A stretch of 34,679 nt of DNA from positions 1 to 34,679 of the forward strand of contig JABCSY010000040.1 of assembly GCA_018238625.1 (NCBI GenBank). Direction: 5' to 3'. This DNA comes from Promethearchaeota archaeon. GTDB taxonomy: Archaea; Asgardarchaeota; Lokiarchaeia; Sigyniarchaeales; SOKP01. Made by a program: the position numbers and the translations under genes. Below, piece by piece: positions 8,952 through 18,028 of the stretch (position 1 is its first letter; every line of letters starts with the position of its first letter). The notes beneath the pieces were generated by a model. The model did not search any database and was not told the DNA's origin. It worked only from the letters and a program-made list of their open reading frames with translations.

Positions 8952-10451
8952 ATGACTGAGAATCAAACGGACAAAGAACAACCGGCTACTCAATATGATT
9001 ATTCCTTCGATTATATTCAAAAGAAGCTTGAAGGGAAAAAGGATTCTTTCGGTATGTTAATGAAAGAAATTGTGCGGGCAGGAATATGCACGGAATGCGG
9101 GACATGTGCCGCAGTTTGCCCAGTTCTCGAGTGGGACCATTTGGCAGGACAGCCTAAGTTAATAGGGAAATGTACGGGGTGTGGTATCTGCTATAACCAA
9201 TGTCCCCGAACTATAACAGACCCTATCCAACTAATGGGAGAGTTCAAAACAGGATATGTAGCGAATACAGATATCCCAGAAGTTATTGGTGGCCAAGATG
9301 GAGGAACTGTGACTTCTTTACTAATTTATTTATTTGAGGAACATTTAATTGATGCTGCAATCGTTGCAATGAGAGATCCTAGTAATCCGTGGCATCCAGT
9401 TTCTCAGATAATTACCAGTAAAGAGGACGCTATAAAAGCTTCCGGATCGATTTACTGTCATACTCAAACTGTCGAAGCGTTAATGGATGCTATACGACAA
9501 GATTATAGATCAATAGCTTTTGTTGGTACGCCTTGTAATATCGATGCCGTAGATAAGATGATGAGTTCTCCGTCGGGAATGTTAAAATATTTTATGCGCG
9601 CTCACATTCTTAAAATTGGTTTGTTTTGTATGGATTCTTTTTCTCCAGAAGCACTTTATCAATTTTTCGAAAAAGATGGGATTGACCTTTCAAAAGTAGT
9701 TAAAATGGATATTAGTAAAGGAAAATTTCACTTATATAACGACGCTAAGGGAGAACCAATAAAATCATATACCATCAAACAATTACATAAGTTTAAATCT
9801 CCAAGTTGTAATTTTTGCACAGATCTGACCGCCGAAAATGCGGATATTTCTGTTGGCTCAGTAGGTAGTGGAGCAAACAAAAACACAGTATTTGCAAGAA
9901 CTGGAATTGGATCTGAGATTATGGAAGATGCTGCTAAAAAAGGATATCTTAAAATTGAACCTTATAACGCTATAAATTTGAACGCAGTATTGTTTCTGGC
10001 TAAACTTAAAAAAGTTTCTCAATACAACATTCAAAAACGTAAGGTCTTCATCGTTAGAGATCCTATGGAGAAAGAGGGCCCGAAAATTGAGACTAAGCCT
10101 GAAGAAGAGAAACCTACTACGAAAACGCTAGGGACTAGAAAATTCTTGCGCGTATCTAAAGATGTAAATGAAAAAGAAAAGATATTAAAAATATCGTTAA
10201 CTAACAGTATAGGTTATCTTTTAGAAGACATCAAAATCAGAATCGCTATAGTCGAAGAATTATTTGAAAAGAAACCTTGGATAACTAATATTAGAGAATT
10301 ATTCCCTTATGAAACTATTGAGATAGGATATCCCTTAGAAACTGAAAACAACGAAATAATTTATGGTAATGTGTTAGTAGAGGCCTCAACTGAGGCGTTT
10401 GGAAAAGTTTTTTCAAAAACTTTTAAATTGACACCTAAAGAAAAAAAATAA
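8952..10451 (+). CDS. FrhB/FdhB-family protein with ferredoxin domain and ~130-aa C-terminal extension
   Basis: Motifs CTECGTCAAVCP, CTGCGICYNQCP, GQDGGTVTS, VGTPCN, IGLFCMDSF and CNFCTDLTAENADISVGSVGS. Confidence 0.9.
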   Translation: MTENQTDKEQPATQYDYSFDYIQKKLEGKKDSFGMLMKEIVRAGICTECGTCAAVCPVLEWDHLAGQPKLIGKCTGCGICYNQCPRTITDPIQLMGEFKTGYVANTDIPEVIGGQDGGTVTSLLIYLFEEHLIDAAIVAMRDPSNPWHPVSQIITSKEDAIKASGSIYCHTQTVEALMDAIRQDYRSIAFVGTPCNIDAVDKMMSSPSGMLKYFMRAHILKIGLFCMDSFSPEALYQFFEKDGIDLSKVVKMDISKGKFHLYNDAKGEPIKSYTIKQLHKFKSPSCNFCTDLTAENADISVGSVGSGANKNTVFARTGIGSEIMEDAAKKGYLKIEPYNAINLNAVLFLAKLKKVSQYNIQKRKVFIVRDPMEKEGPKIETKPEEEKPTTKTLGTRKFLRVSKDVNEKEKILKISLTNSIGYLLEDIKIRIAIVEELFEKKPWITNIRELFPYETIEIGYPLETENNEIIYGNVLVEASTEAFGKVFSKTFKLTPKEKK

Positions 10452-12984
10452 CATTAGAATACCTCTCTCTTGCCCGTTTTCTCCTCAAGCCTTCTGGAAT
10501 CTGATTATTTTCAAGATCTAATATTTGTAGATTAAAGAGGGATTCTAATCCCTTGATCTCGGTAATCCGATTATTCATAAGATGTAACTTTTGTAGGTTA
10601 GCGAGGGATTCTAAACCCTTGATCTCGGTAATCTTATTATAATTAAGATTTAATTCTTGTAGATTAGCGAGGGATTCCAAGCCCTTGATCTCGGTAATCA
10701 GATTACTATAAATATCTAATCTTTGTAGATTAAAGAGGGATTCCAAACCCTTGATCTCGGTAATCTGATTTTTATTAAGACGTAACCATTTTAGATTAGC
10801 GAGGGATTCTAAACCCTCGATCTCGGTAATCTGATTATTTTTAAAACATAAATATTGTAGATTAGTGAGGGATTCCAAGCCCTTGATCTTGGTAATCTGA
10901 TTATTTTCAAGATGTAAATATTGTAGATTAGCGAGGGATTCCAAGCCCTTGATCTTGGTAATCTGATTACTATCAAGAAGTAACCTTTGTAGATTAGCGA
11001 GGGATTCCAAGCCCTTGATCTCGGTAATCTGATTACAATCAAGACGTAAAATTTGTAGATTAGCGAGGGATTCCAAGCCCTCGATCTCGGTAATCTGATT
11101 AACTTCAAGATATAGCGCTTCTAAATTAGTCAAGGTTTCCAAGCCCTTGATCTTGGTAATCTGATTACCAGTAAGAGATAGCTCTTCTAAATTAGTCAAG
11201 GTTTCCAAGCCCTTGATCTTGGTAATCGGATTACCACCAAGATATAATGTTTGTAGATTAGCGAGGGATTCCAAACCCTTGATCTTGGTAATCGGATTAC
11301 CACCAAGATATAATGTTTGTAGATTAGCGAGGGATTCCAAACCCTTGATCTCGGTAATCTGATTACTAAAAAGACTTAAATCTTGTAGATTAGTCAAGGT
11401 TTCCAAACCCTTGATCTCGGTAATCTGATTACGAAAAAGACTTAAATATTGTAGATTAGTCAAGGTTTCCAAACCCTTGATCTCGGTAATCTTGTTCCGA
11501 TCAAGAAGTAACTTTTGCAGATTTGCAAGGGATTTCAAGCCCTTGATCTTGGTAATCTGATTATCCTGAAGATCTAATGTTTGTAGATTAGCGAGGGATT
11601 CCAAGCCCTTAACATCGGAAATCTTTTTAATATTCATACTTGAAAGGCCCAAAAATCCATCTTTCTTAACCTCAATCTTTTTTCCGTAAACCCTAACAAA
11701 TTGCGAATCTTTTTTTTTTTTTTTTTTTTTTCTAATGTTAGTATTTAATATAGAATTTTTTGTCTCTGGAGGTATATCATCCAAATCCTCATCTAATAGT
11801 AATTTCTTAGCAGTTTCTACATTATCTAACCTAGCTTCATCAGATAAATTACTTAAATTTAGAATTCCAACTTCTTCTTCAGCCACAATTCTCTCTTTTG
11901 GGTATTCCTTTTCTCTCTTCTTAACTTGAGTGATTATTTCATCTAAGATTTTGGTTTTATAATATCTGTCAGTTATCTCAACACCACTCTCTTTTAATAT
12001 CGTAAGTTGAGCTTTTGCTTCCTCACTCAGCAATGTTTGATTAATAATCAGGTTCTTTAAGGATGATAAGTTTGAAAGAGATTTCGGTAGCATTTTTATA
12101 GGATTCTCGCTTAAATTTAGTATTTCAAGATTTTTTAAATCGCCAATTATTTCGGGGATCTCTTCTATCTGGTTTTTGCTTAAGTCTAATTCCAATAAAT
12201 TTTTGAGATTACCAATAAATTTAGGGATTTGTTTAATCATTTTTTCCGAAAATAAGGAAGGACTTATCTTAAGAATTTTAAGAGCTTTCAGATTACCTAT
12301 AAACTCTGGGACTTGCGATAATGCAATATACTCATAATCCAGCCATAATAAGGAAGTAAAATGTTCTATTACTTTGGGGATATATATAGATTTATAGAAT
12401 TTCATAGTAAGACCAATTACTCTAGTATTTTCTACAAAAGCTTTAAGTGAAGCATACATAAATTTCAATCTATCATTCATCCCAACAATTACAAATTGAG
12501 CGGGATCTACGCTTTCCATCTCTTCAAGGAAATTAACTTCACTTTGAAGCAAAGCTCTTCCCCTAAAATTCACAATCTTATCGGGATCCTTACTCTTATT
12601 TACGATTTTTGTGTGAGAGAGGAAAGGCTCAAATTCATAAAAATTACTAAAAGCAGCATTTTCTGGCCATATAATTAATGAATGTCCCTCTGAAATACGA
12701 TGAGTAATAAAATTAAATATTTCGTCTTCATGAATATCCGTTTCTGGACCAGTATCGTCAAGAAAATAATCTTCATGATGTTTTAGTTCAAAATAGGATA
12801 ATTGGATTTCGTTCTCTTCCTTAGTTAAGTAAACCTTTCTTATTTGAGAGGGATGAGTGATTCCTACATTCGCTAATTCTTCTTTTAATATAGAGATAGA
12901 AGGATGTGGGGGTGAGTACCCACAATACCGACAGAATTTATATCCAATATCCCATTTCTCATTACATGATTCACATTTTTTCAT
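10435..12984 (-). CDS. Leucine-rich repeat protein: N-terminal zinc ribbon, central LRR block and C-terminal SDS22-like LRR array
   Basis: CESC...CRYC at the N-terminus, IPEIIGDLKNLEILNLSENPI-type repeats, then ~17 22-aa repeats LQxLxLxxNQITEIKGLESLAN. Confidence 0.92.
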   Translation of the reverse strand: MKKCESCNEKWDIGYKFCRYCGYSPPHPSISILKEELANVGITHPSQIRKVYLTKEENEIQLSYFELKHHEDYFLDDTGPETDIHEDEIFNFITHRISEGHSLIIWPENAAFSNFYEFEPFLSHTKIVNKSKDPDKIVNFRGRALLQSEVNFLEEMESVDPAQFVIVGMNDRLKFMYASLKAFVENTRVIGLTMKFYKSIYIPKVIEHFTSLLWLDYEYIALSQVPEFIGNLKALKILKISPSLFSEKMIKQIPKFIGNLKNLLELDLSKNQIEEIPEIIGDLKNLEILNLSENPIKMLPKSLSNLSSLKNLIINQTLLSEEAKAQLTILKESGVEITDRYYKTKILDEIITQVKKREKEYPKERIVAEEEVGILNLSNLSDEARLDNVETAKKLLLDEDLDDIPPETKNSILNTNIRKKKKKKKDSQFVRVYGKKIEVKKDGFLGLSSMNIKKISDVKGLESLANLQTLDLQDNQITKIKGLKSLANLQKLLLDRNKITEIKGLETLTNLQYLSLFRNQITEIKGLETLTNLQDLSLFSNQITEIKGLESLANLQTLYLGGNPITKIKGLESLANLQTLYLGGNPITKIKGLETLTNLEELSLTGNQITKIKGLETLTNLEALYLEVNQITEIEGLESLANLQILRLDCNQITEIKGLESLANLQRLLLDSNQITKIKGLESLANLQYLHLENNQITKIKGLESLTNLQYLCFKNNQITEIEGLESLANLKWLRLNKNQITEIKGLESLFNLQRLDIYSNLITEIKGLESLANLQELNLNYNKITEIKGLESLANLQKLHLMNNRITEIKGLESLFNLQILDLENNQIPEGLRRKRARERYSNVIFFL
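10498..11610 (-). repeat. Coding tandem repeat, ~17 x 66 bp
   Basis: Recurrent + strand unit tgtagattagcgagggattccaagcccttgatctcggtaatctgatt at a 66-bp period. Confidence 0.95.
11710..11731 (-). repeat. 22-nt homopolymer (A22 on the coding strand) inside the LRR gene
   Basis: T run from 11710 to 11731, encoding R-KKKKKKK in frame. Confidence 0.9.
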
Positions 12985-13119
12985 TGCGTTACTCCTAATT
13001 CTCGTCTTAACTTAATTAAGACATATACAAATTTAAATCTTTTTTTAAAAATAATCCCGTTTTCTTTTAAATATCGGAATTGGAAAACGAAAACGATTTA
13101 AAGATCATGAAATCACACA

Positions 13120-15000
13120 TTATTTTATTTTATCTTTTTTAAACCTTGGTTTTTTACAAGAACATTTATTATTTTTATCGATTAAATTATTGCAATATGG
13201 AATAAAGTTTGTAGCATCCAAATCCATTACTGAACTTATAATTTTTGGAGATATATTCTCATACTTCTCTTCTCGATATTCTTTCTTTTTTTTTAAATAT
13301 CTTTCCCATGATTTTTCGAAATCCTGTTTTATTATTTTCAAACTCTTTTTGAAATTTGGATGTAAATATTTTTCAACTAATTTGTTAAGTTTCTTAAAAT
13401 TTATTTTCTTCCAATCACCATATTTAGGAAGATACTCATAAATATTATGAACCCAATCGAAATCACATAAACGAGACTTAGCTAATTCGATAGAATCTTG
13501 ATTCCAATTTAAGAATTGCAAATCATTTAAAATTTCAGAATCGTTATTTTTTGTACTATTACATAAAATTCTCAGAAACTTTTTTATTATATTTTTTCCT
13601 TCTTCTGCATGTACAGATGCGTGAGTGTGATAAGTGTAAGAGACATCTTTACCGCGATCAACTTTTCTTTTTTTGGGAAGGAACAAAAAATTAAATATTT
13701 CATCGTTTTCCTTTACCATATCAGAATGATGAAAGATAGCTGTATTTTCAGTACTAATATAATTCAAATCTCGAAGATGTGAAACTAAATCATAATCATC
13801 AAAGGAGAAACCGAGTGTTTGAAGGAATCGTAAAATTCTTACTTCAATAGATTTATAATTATTACCATATTTTTCTTTTACTTCCATATTTCGTCTTCTT
13901 GCTTTCTCAGATGTTTTCCTAATCTCCTCATTATAATAATCTAAATAATCTTTATAACCTACTAATGCTACCTCAGACTTATCATTATCTTTAATAGATT
14001 GAATGAACGGAAATATATTATTTTCTAAGGTTTGGGATTTAAAATAATAATTAATTTCTGATAAATTGTCTAACGCAACGTTTACTTTACCTTCAAACAT
14101 TCCTGTAATTTTCAAAAGTTTTCTTAAATTAAGATTTGAACATTTTAGCAGAATATTAACAAGGTTTACTTCCTCTTTGTTTTTATTTTTTTTAAGAAAA
14201 CTCAGAATTTCTTCATCTAATATTTTTCTATTTTTTAATCTTCGTTTTAAATACTTTTCAGCAATTACCACTCTATTTTCATATAAAGAAAGTAATCTTT
14301 GCGTACTTCCTATTCCTAATAAAGCTCTTAAATTATTCAAACTTGCATAAGTCACTTGATTACCAGAACGCACTTTATATGTTAATTCAAATTCATCTTT
14401 AAAGAAATGAATTAATATAGCTCCAATATATTTAGGATGATATAAATTATAATCTCCTTTATAAATAATATCATTTATATCAAATTTACTAATTTCAAAT
14501 TTATTAAAATACTCGTAAAGCTCTTTTGCTCTATTTTTTAGTTCAATTTTAAATTCTTCAGATAAACTTATATTAAAGTTTATGGAAAGTTTGTTAAGCA
14601 AATCTTCAAAATATTGAAATATTTTATTTTTAAATTCATTTATATTAAGTGAAATCCTTTTACAATAATTATTATAATATTTACTAAATGTATCATCATT
14701 TATAGAAAGTAATTTTGAATATTTAGTTTTATTCAAGATGAGTGTATCTAAATCTTTATAAAACATTAAATGCATGAATAGGCTCACGGCAGAAGCATAA
14801 ATAGGATTCTTTAATCCTAAGTATGTGTAAAGTTTATTCTTCTTAAAAAAATTAATAATTTTCTCACTATCTATCATTCCTATGATTTTAAAATCAGCCG
14901 AATTCATTAAACATTTGATGTGTATATTCAAATTAGTTTTAAATTTCTCATCAAATGTTAAATTTTCTATAAAAGAATCAAAATTATTATTACTATCCAT
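13120..15000 (-). CDS. Hypothetical protein with possible cyclin/TFIIB-like helical repeats and an HNH-like motif
   Basis: 626-aa ORF, very AT-rich. IFHHSDMVKENDEIFNFLFL...HTHASVH resembles HNH. KNPIYASAVSLF and YHPKYIGAILIHF resemble TFIIB/cyclin box helices. Confidence 0.55.
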   Translation of the reverse strand: MDSNNNFDSFIENLTFDEKFKTNLNIHIKCLMNSADFKIIGMIDSEKIINFFKKNKLYTYLGLKNPIYASAVSLFMHLMFYKDLDTLILNKTKYSKLLSINDDTFSKYYNNYCKRISLNINEFKNKIFQYFEDLLNKLSINFNISLSEEFKIELKNRAKELYEYFNKFEISKFDINDIIYKGDYNLYHPKYIGAILIHFFKDEFELTYKVRSGNQVTYASLNNLRALLGIGSTQRLLSLYENRVVIAEKYLKRRLKNRKILDEEILSFLKKNKNKEEVNLVNILLKCSNLNLRKLLKITGMFEGKVNVALDNLSEINYYFKSQTLENNIFPFIQSIKDNDKSEVALVGYKDYLDYYNEEIRKTSEKARRRNMEVKEKYGNNYKSIEVRILRFLQTLGFSFDDYDLVSHLRDLNYISTENTAIFHHSDMVKENDEIFNFLFLPKKRKVDRGKDVSYTYHTHASVHAEEGKNIIKKFLRILCNSTKNNDSEILNDLQFLNWNQDSIELAKSRLCDFDWVHNIYEYLPKYGDWKKINFKKLNKLVEKYLHPNFKKSLKIIKQDFEKSWERYLKKKKEYREEKYENISPKIISSVMDLDATNFIPYCNNLIDKNNKCSCKKPRFKKDKIK

Positions 15001-15194
15001 ATTAAAGGTTTATTGTTTTATGTTTAAATTTCTATCATTATTTTTTTAATTTAATAACAATTTATTATTAGCAATACTTAATACAAGTATAAGGTATTAT
15101 AATTTTTTATAAAATATTCAAAAATATGTAAATAATTCTGTTTTTAACAATTAGAGTCTTATTTAATAATATAATAATAAAATTAAAAAAAAAG

Positions 15195-16115
15195 GTGAAA
15201 TGTACTATTAAAATAAGTTTAGTTGGCTTAGGCGGTTGCGGTAAGACAAGTCTTTACTCCGTAGCGTTTGCTGAAAAAACGCCCGAAGACACAAAAAGAC
15301 TTAGCCCGACAATCCTTTATGAAACTCGAAGACATCCGTTTCTGGGCTTACAGGTTGGGATTTTCGACTTTGGGGGTCAAGAGCAGTACCGTAAGGAGTA
15401 TATGGAAAAGCCCGAAGTATTTCGAGGAACGGATATTTTGATTTGTATCGTTGATTTACACGACCCAAATTCCTTCGATCAAGCAAAAGAATATTTTGAG
15501 GGATTGTTGGATATACATCGTAAAAACAACGAGAAGCCGAAAATCTTTTTATTCCTACATAAATACGATACTGAAGATTACCAGAAAGAATTACTTGATA
15601 CTAACGTAAAGAACGCTAAGGAAGTCTTCTTGGATATATTTAAAGATTACGATTTTGATTATATGTTGACGAGCATTTATCAACAAGACGAATTAGCCAA
15701 AGTTTTTCGGGATATATTAATTTCGTCATATAAAGATTTGAAAAAATCCGTAGAAAAAGCTGAAAGCCAATTAGAAGAAATTAAAGCAAAAATAATTATT
15801 TCTGATGTTTCTGGAAATGTCATAGTTCATAACGTTCAAGGTGTAAGCAGTGGTTTAACGCTTCGTGGAGATCTAAGAGACTTCATCGACGCGTGTAATA
15901 CGGTAAGAGAAAACATCTTTATGTCTGATTCTGCTCAATTTAAAGGGTTGAACGAGGACGGAAAAGAAATCGAGCTCCACATCTTTAAATACATTATTTC
16001 GGTACTCGTAATGAAAACAGGAGAGTTGGATAGAGACTCTCAAGATAAATTAAATGTATTGTTAAAAGATATGTCTCTCTTTGCAGATTTGATCATCTCT
16101 GCGCATTCGGATTGA
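15195..16115 (+). CDS. Small GTPase, Rag/Gtr-like, with C-terminal roadblock/longin-like domain
   Basis: G1 GLGGCGKTS, G2 SPT, G3 DFGGQ, G4 HKYD, G5 TSIY. C-terminal IIISDVSGNVIVH strand pattern. Confidence 0.85.
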   Translation: MKCTIKISLVGLGGCGKTSLYSVAFAEKTPEDTKRLSPTILYETRRHPFLGLQVGIFDFGGQEQYRKEYMEKPEVFRGTDILICIVDLHDPNSFDQAKEYFEGLLDIHRKNNEKPKIFLFLHKYDTEDYQKELLDTNVKNAKEVFLDIFKDYDFDYMLTSIYQQDELAKVFRDILISSYKDLKKSVEKAESQLEEIKAKIIISDVSGNVIVHNVQGVSSGLTLRGDLRDFIDACNTVRENIFMSDSAQFKGLNEDGKEIELHIFKYIISVLVMKTGELDRDSQDKLNVLLKDMSLFADLIISAHSD

Positions 16116-16230
16116 AATTCTCACAGAATTAATTTAATTTTTACTTTTATCTCTTTTTAGTATTCAACTCTTTGAACAAATGTTTTCGAAAAATTTTTTT
16201 TATTTGCATTCTTTTTTGTAATAGTATAAT

Positions 16231-17367
16231 ATGTCCGAAAAAGTAGAAGATAGAATAAAAGAATTAGAAGAACGATTGGCTTCCACTAAAGTCAACAAGG
16301 CTACGCAAAAAAGCATAAATTTCATTAAAGCACAACTAGCCAAACTCCGCGAAGATGTGATTCGCATTGCTAGTTCTAAAAAGGGTGGCGGTGGTGGCTT
16401 CGGCATTAAAAGAACAGGAGATGCCCAAGTAGCTTTCATTGGATTTCCCTCAGTTGGGAAATCTTCTTTATTAAATTTACTAACTGAAGGTAATACTCAG
16501 TCTAAAGTTGCATCATATGATTTTACTACTGTTACAGCAATACCTGGTATGATGGATATCGAAGAAGCGAAGATTCAACTTATTGATTTACCTGGAATAA
16601 TTTTGGGTGCTGCTGCTGGTAAAGGGCGAGGAAAGGAAGTATTAGCAGTAGTACGCTCGGCAGAGTTAGTTTTAATTATAATATGTTTTCGTTCTGATGG
16701 AACGATTAATCTTTCTGATTTGAAAACTATTAGAATGGAGTTAAATAACGCAGGAATCCGGTTAAATACAAAACCGCCTAGAATTGTAATTAAAGAGCGC
16801 ACACGTGGAGGGATTCATTTTACTTACAAAGGTCAACAACTTATGGATGCTGATGAAGTTAAAGCTCTGATGAATGAGCTTAAAGTCCGGAACGCAGGTG
16901 TTTACTTCTCTGAACCAGATATTACGCCCGATCAATTAATAGATTTCGTGTTTGGAAATCGTATCTACACAAGAGAGTTTGTAGTAATTAATAAATCAGA
17001 TTTAATGGAAACTCCAATTTCCCCTGAAGAAATTACAGAAGCAATTGGTCACGAACATTGGGTTATGATCTCAGCTAAAAATAAAGAAAATATCACTACG
17101 CTTAAGCATAATATCTTCACGGAGCTGAATTTAATACGAGTGTTTTTAAAACCTCCAAGACAGGAAGCTGATATGGATGAGCCAATAATTCTCCATCACG
17201 GCGATACGCTCGAGAAACTCTGTCTTAAAATTCACAAACGATTCGTAAGCGATTATCGCTACTCGCTAGTATGGGGTAAATCGGCAAAACACCCAGGTCA
17301 AAAGTTTGATAACCTAGATCATGTAATTGAAGATGGCGACATAATTTCGATTTATTTGAAGCGATAA
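16231..17367 (+). CDS. drg: DRG/OBG-family GTPase with TGS domain
   Basis: KVNKATQ, GFPSVGKSSLL, YDFTT, DLPGII.GAA.GKGRGKEVL, NKSD and a C-terminal TGS domain (VWGKSAKHPGQ). Confidence 0.93.
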   Translation: MSEKVEDRIKELEERLASTKVNKATQKSINFIKAQLAKLREDVIRIASSKKGGGGGFGIKRTGDAQVAFIGFPSVGKSSLLNLLTEGNTQSKVASYDFTTVTAIPGMMDIEEAKIQLIDLPGIILGAAAGKGRGKEVLAVVRSAELVLIIICFRSDGTINLSDLKTIRMELNNAGIRLNTKPPRIVIKERTRGGIHFTYKGQQLMDADEVKALMNELKVRNAGVYFSEPDITPDQLIDFVFGNRIYTREFVVINKSDLMETPISPEEITEAIGHEHWVMISAKNKENITTLKHNIFTELNLIRVFLKPPRQEADMDEPIILHHGDTLEKLCLKIHKRFVSDYRYSLVWGKSAKHPGQKFDNLDHVIEDGDIISIYLKR

Positions 17368-17372
17368 AAAAC

Positions 17373-18005
17373 TTATCCATAAAATAAGATATATAACTCG
17401 TTATAAAGCTCCGCAAGTTTGGAGATTCTATATGGATCGTTTTCTTGTAATGAATGGAGGAGATAAGAAGTTAAACCTTGAGGATTATTAATCCAATCAA
17501 CAAATCCTTCCACCTCCGCCTTGAGATATGGATCGATTGTAGGTTGTACCATACTACTACTTTTTGCGATAATTTCGTTCTCAACGGAAACATCTACTTC
17601 AGTCTCAACAAATTGTGACTTTGATCCTTTTTTCATCATAGCTGCTGCTCTCGTAACTGCGGGATACGCCATATGTATCCACCCCTTTGCTTTAGGTTTG
17701 ATATGAGCTATGATATATAGGTCGCTACCAAATATCGATGAGCCAACTAAGTGTCCTTTTTTCTTTCTATTAGTTGCTATAAATCTTTCGGGTGACATTT
17801 GAAGTACTGAATATCTGATACCGTTCATATTCACAAATTGGGCGCTGCCACTACCCCAACTAGCTAAGACAGTCTTAATATCTTTCGATACGCTCCAATT
17901 ACTAGTGGAATAAATGACCTTCCCTTTATTGCCAACAACTACTACTTCATTTGCGTCAGAATAATGTTTTTGCAAATTTTTAACAATAGACTTATAATTT
18001 ACCAT
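17373..18005 (-). CDS. Asgard profilin-like protein with ~85-aa C-terminal extension
   Basis: GKVIYSTSNWSV and GIRYSVLQMSPERFIATNRKKKGHLV resemble, from memory, the Loki profilin motifs (TxNW; GIKY...ER..TN..KGH). Confidence 0.7.
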   Translation of the reverse strand: MVNYKSIVKNLQKHYSDANEVVVVGNKGKVIYSTSNWSVSKDIKTVLASWGSGSAQFVNMNGIRYSVLQMSPERFIATNRKKKGHLVGSSIFGSDLYIIAHIKPKAKGWIHMAYPAVTRAAAMMKKGSKSQFVETEVDVSVENEIIAKSSSMVQPTIDPYLKAEVEGFVDWINNPQGLTSYLLHSLQENDPYRISKLAELYNELYILFYG

Positions 18006-18028
18006 AGTCAGATACCAATTTTAACTAA

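Noticed and set aside
10809-11108. 99-aa repetitive ORF (IRLPRSRAWNPSLIY)n
   Set aside because: It is an alternate-frame shadow of the 66-bp LRR repeat.
10498-11610. CRISPR array (constant repeat with variable spacers)
   Set aside because: The period is 66 bp in frame and encodes LRRs. The variable parts are short and keep LxL periodicity, and no cas genes are present.
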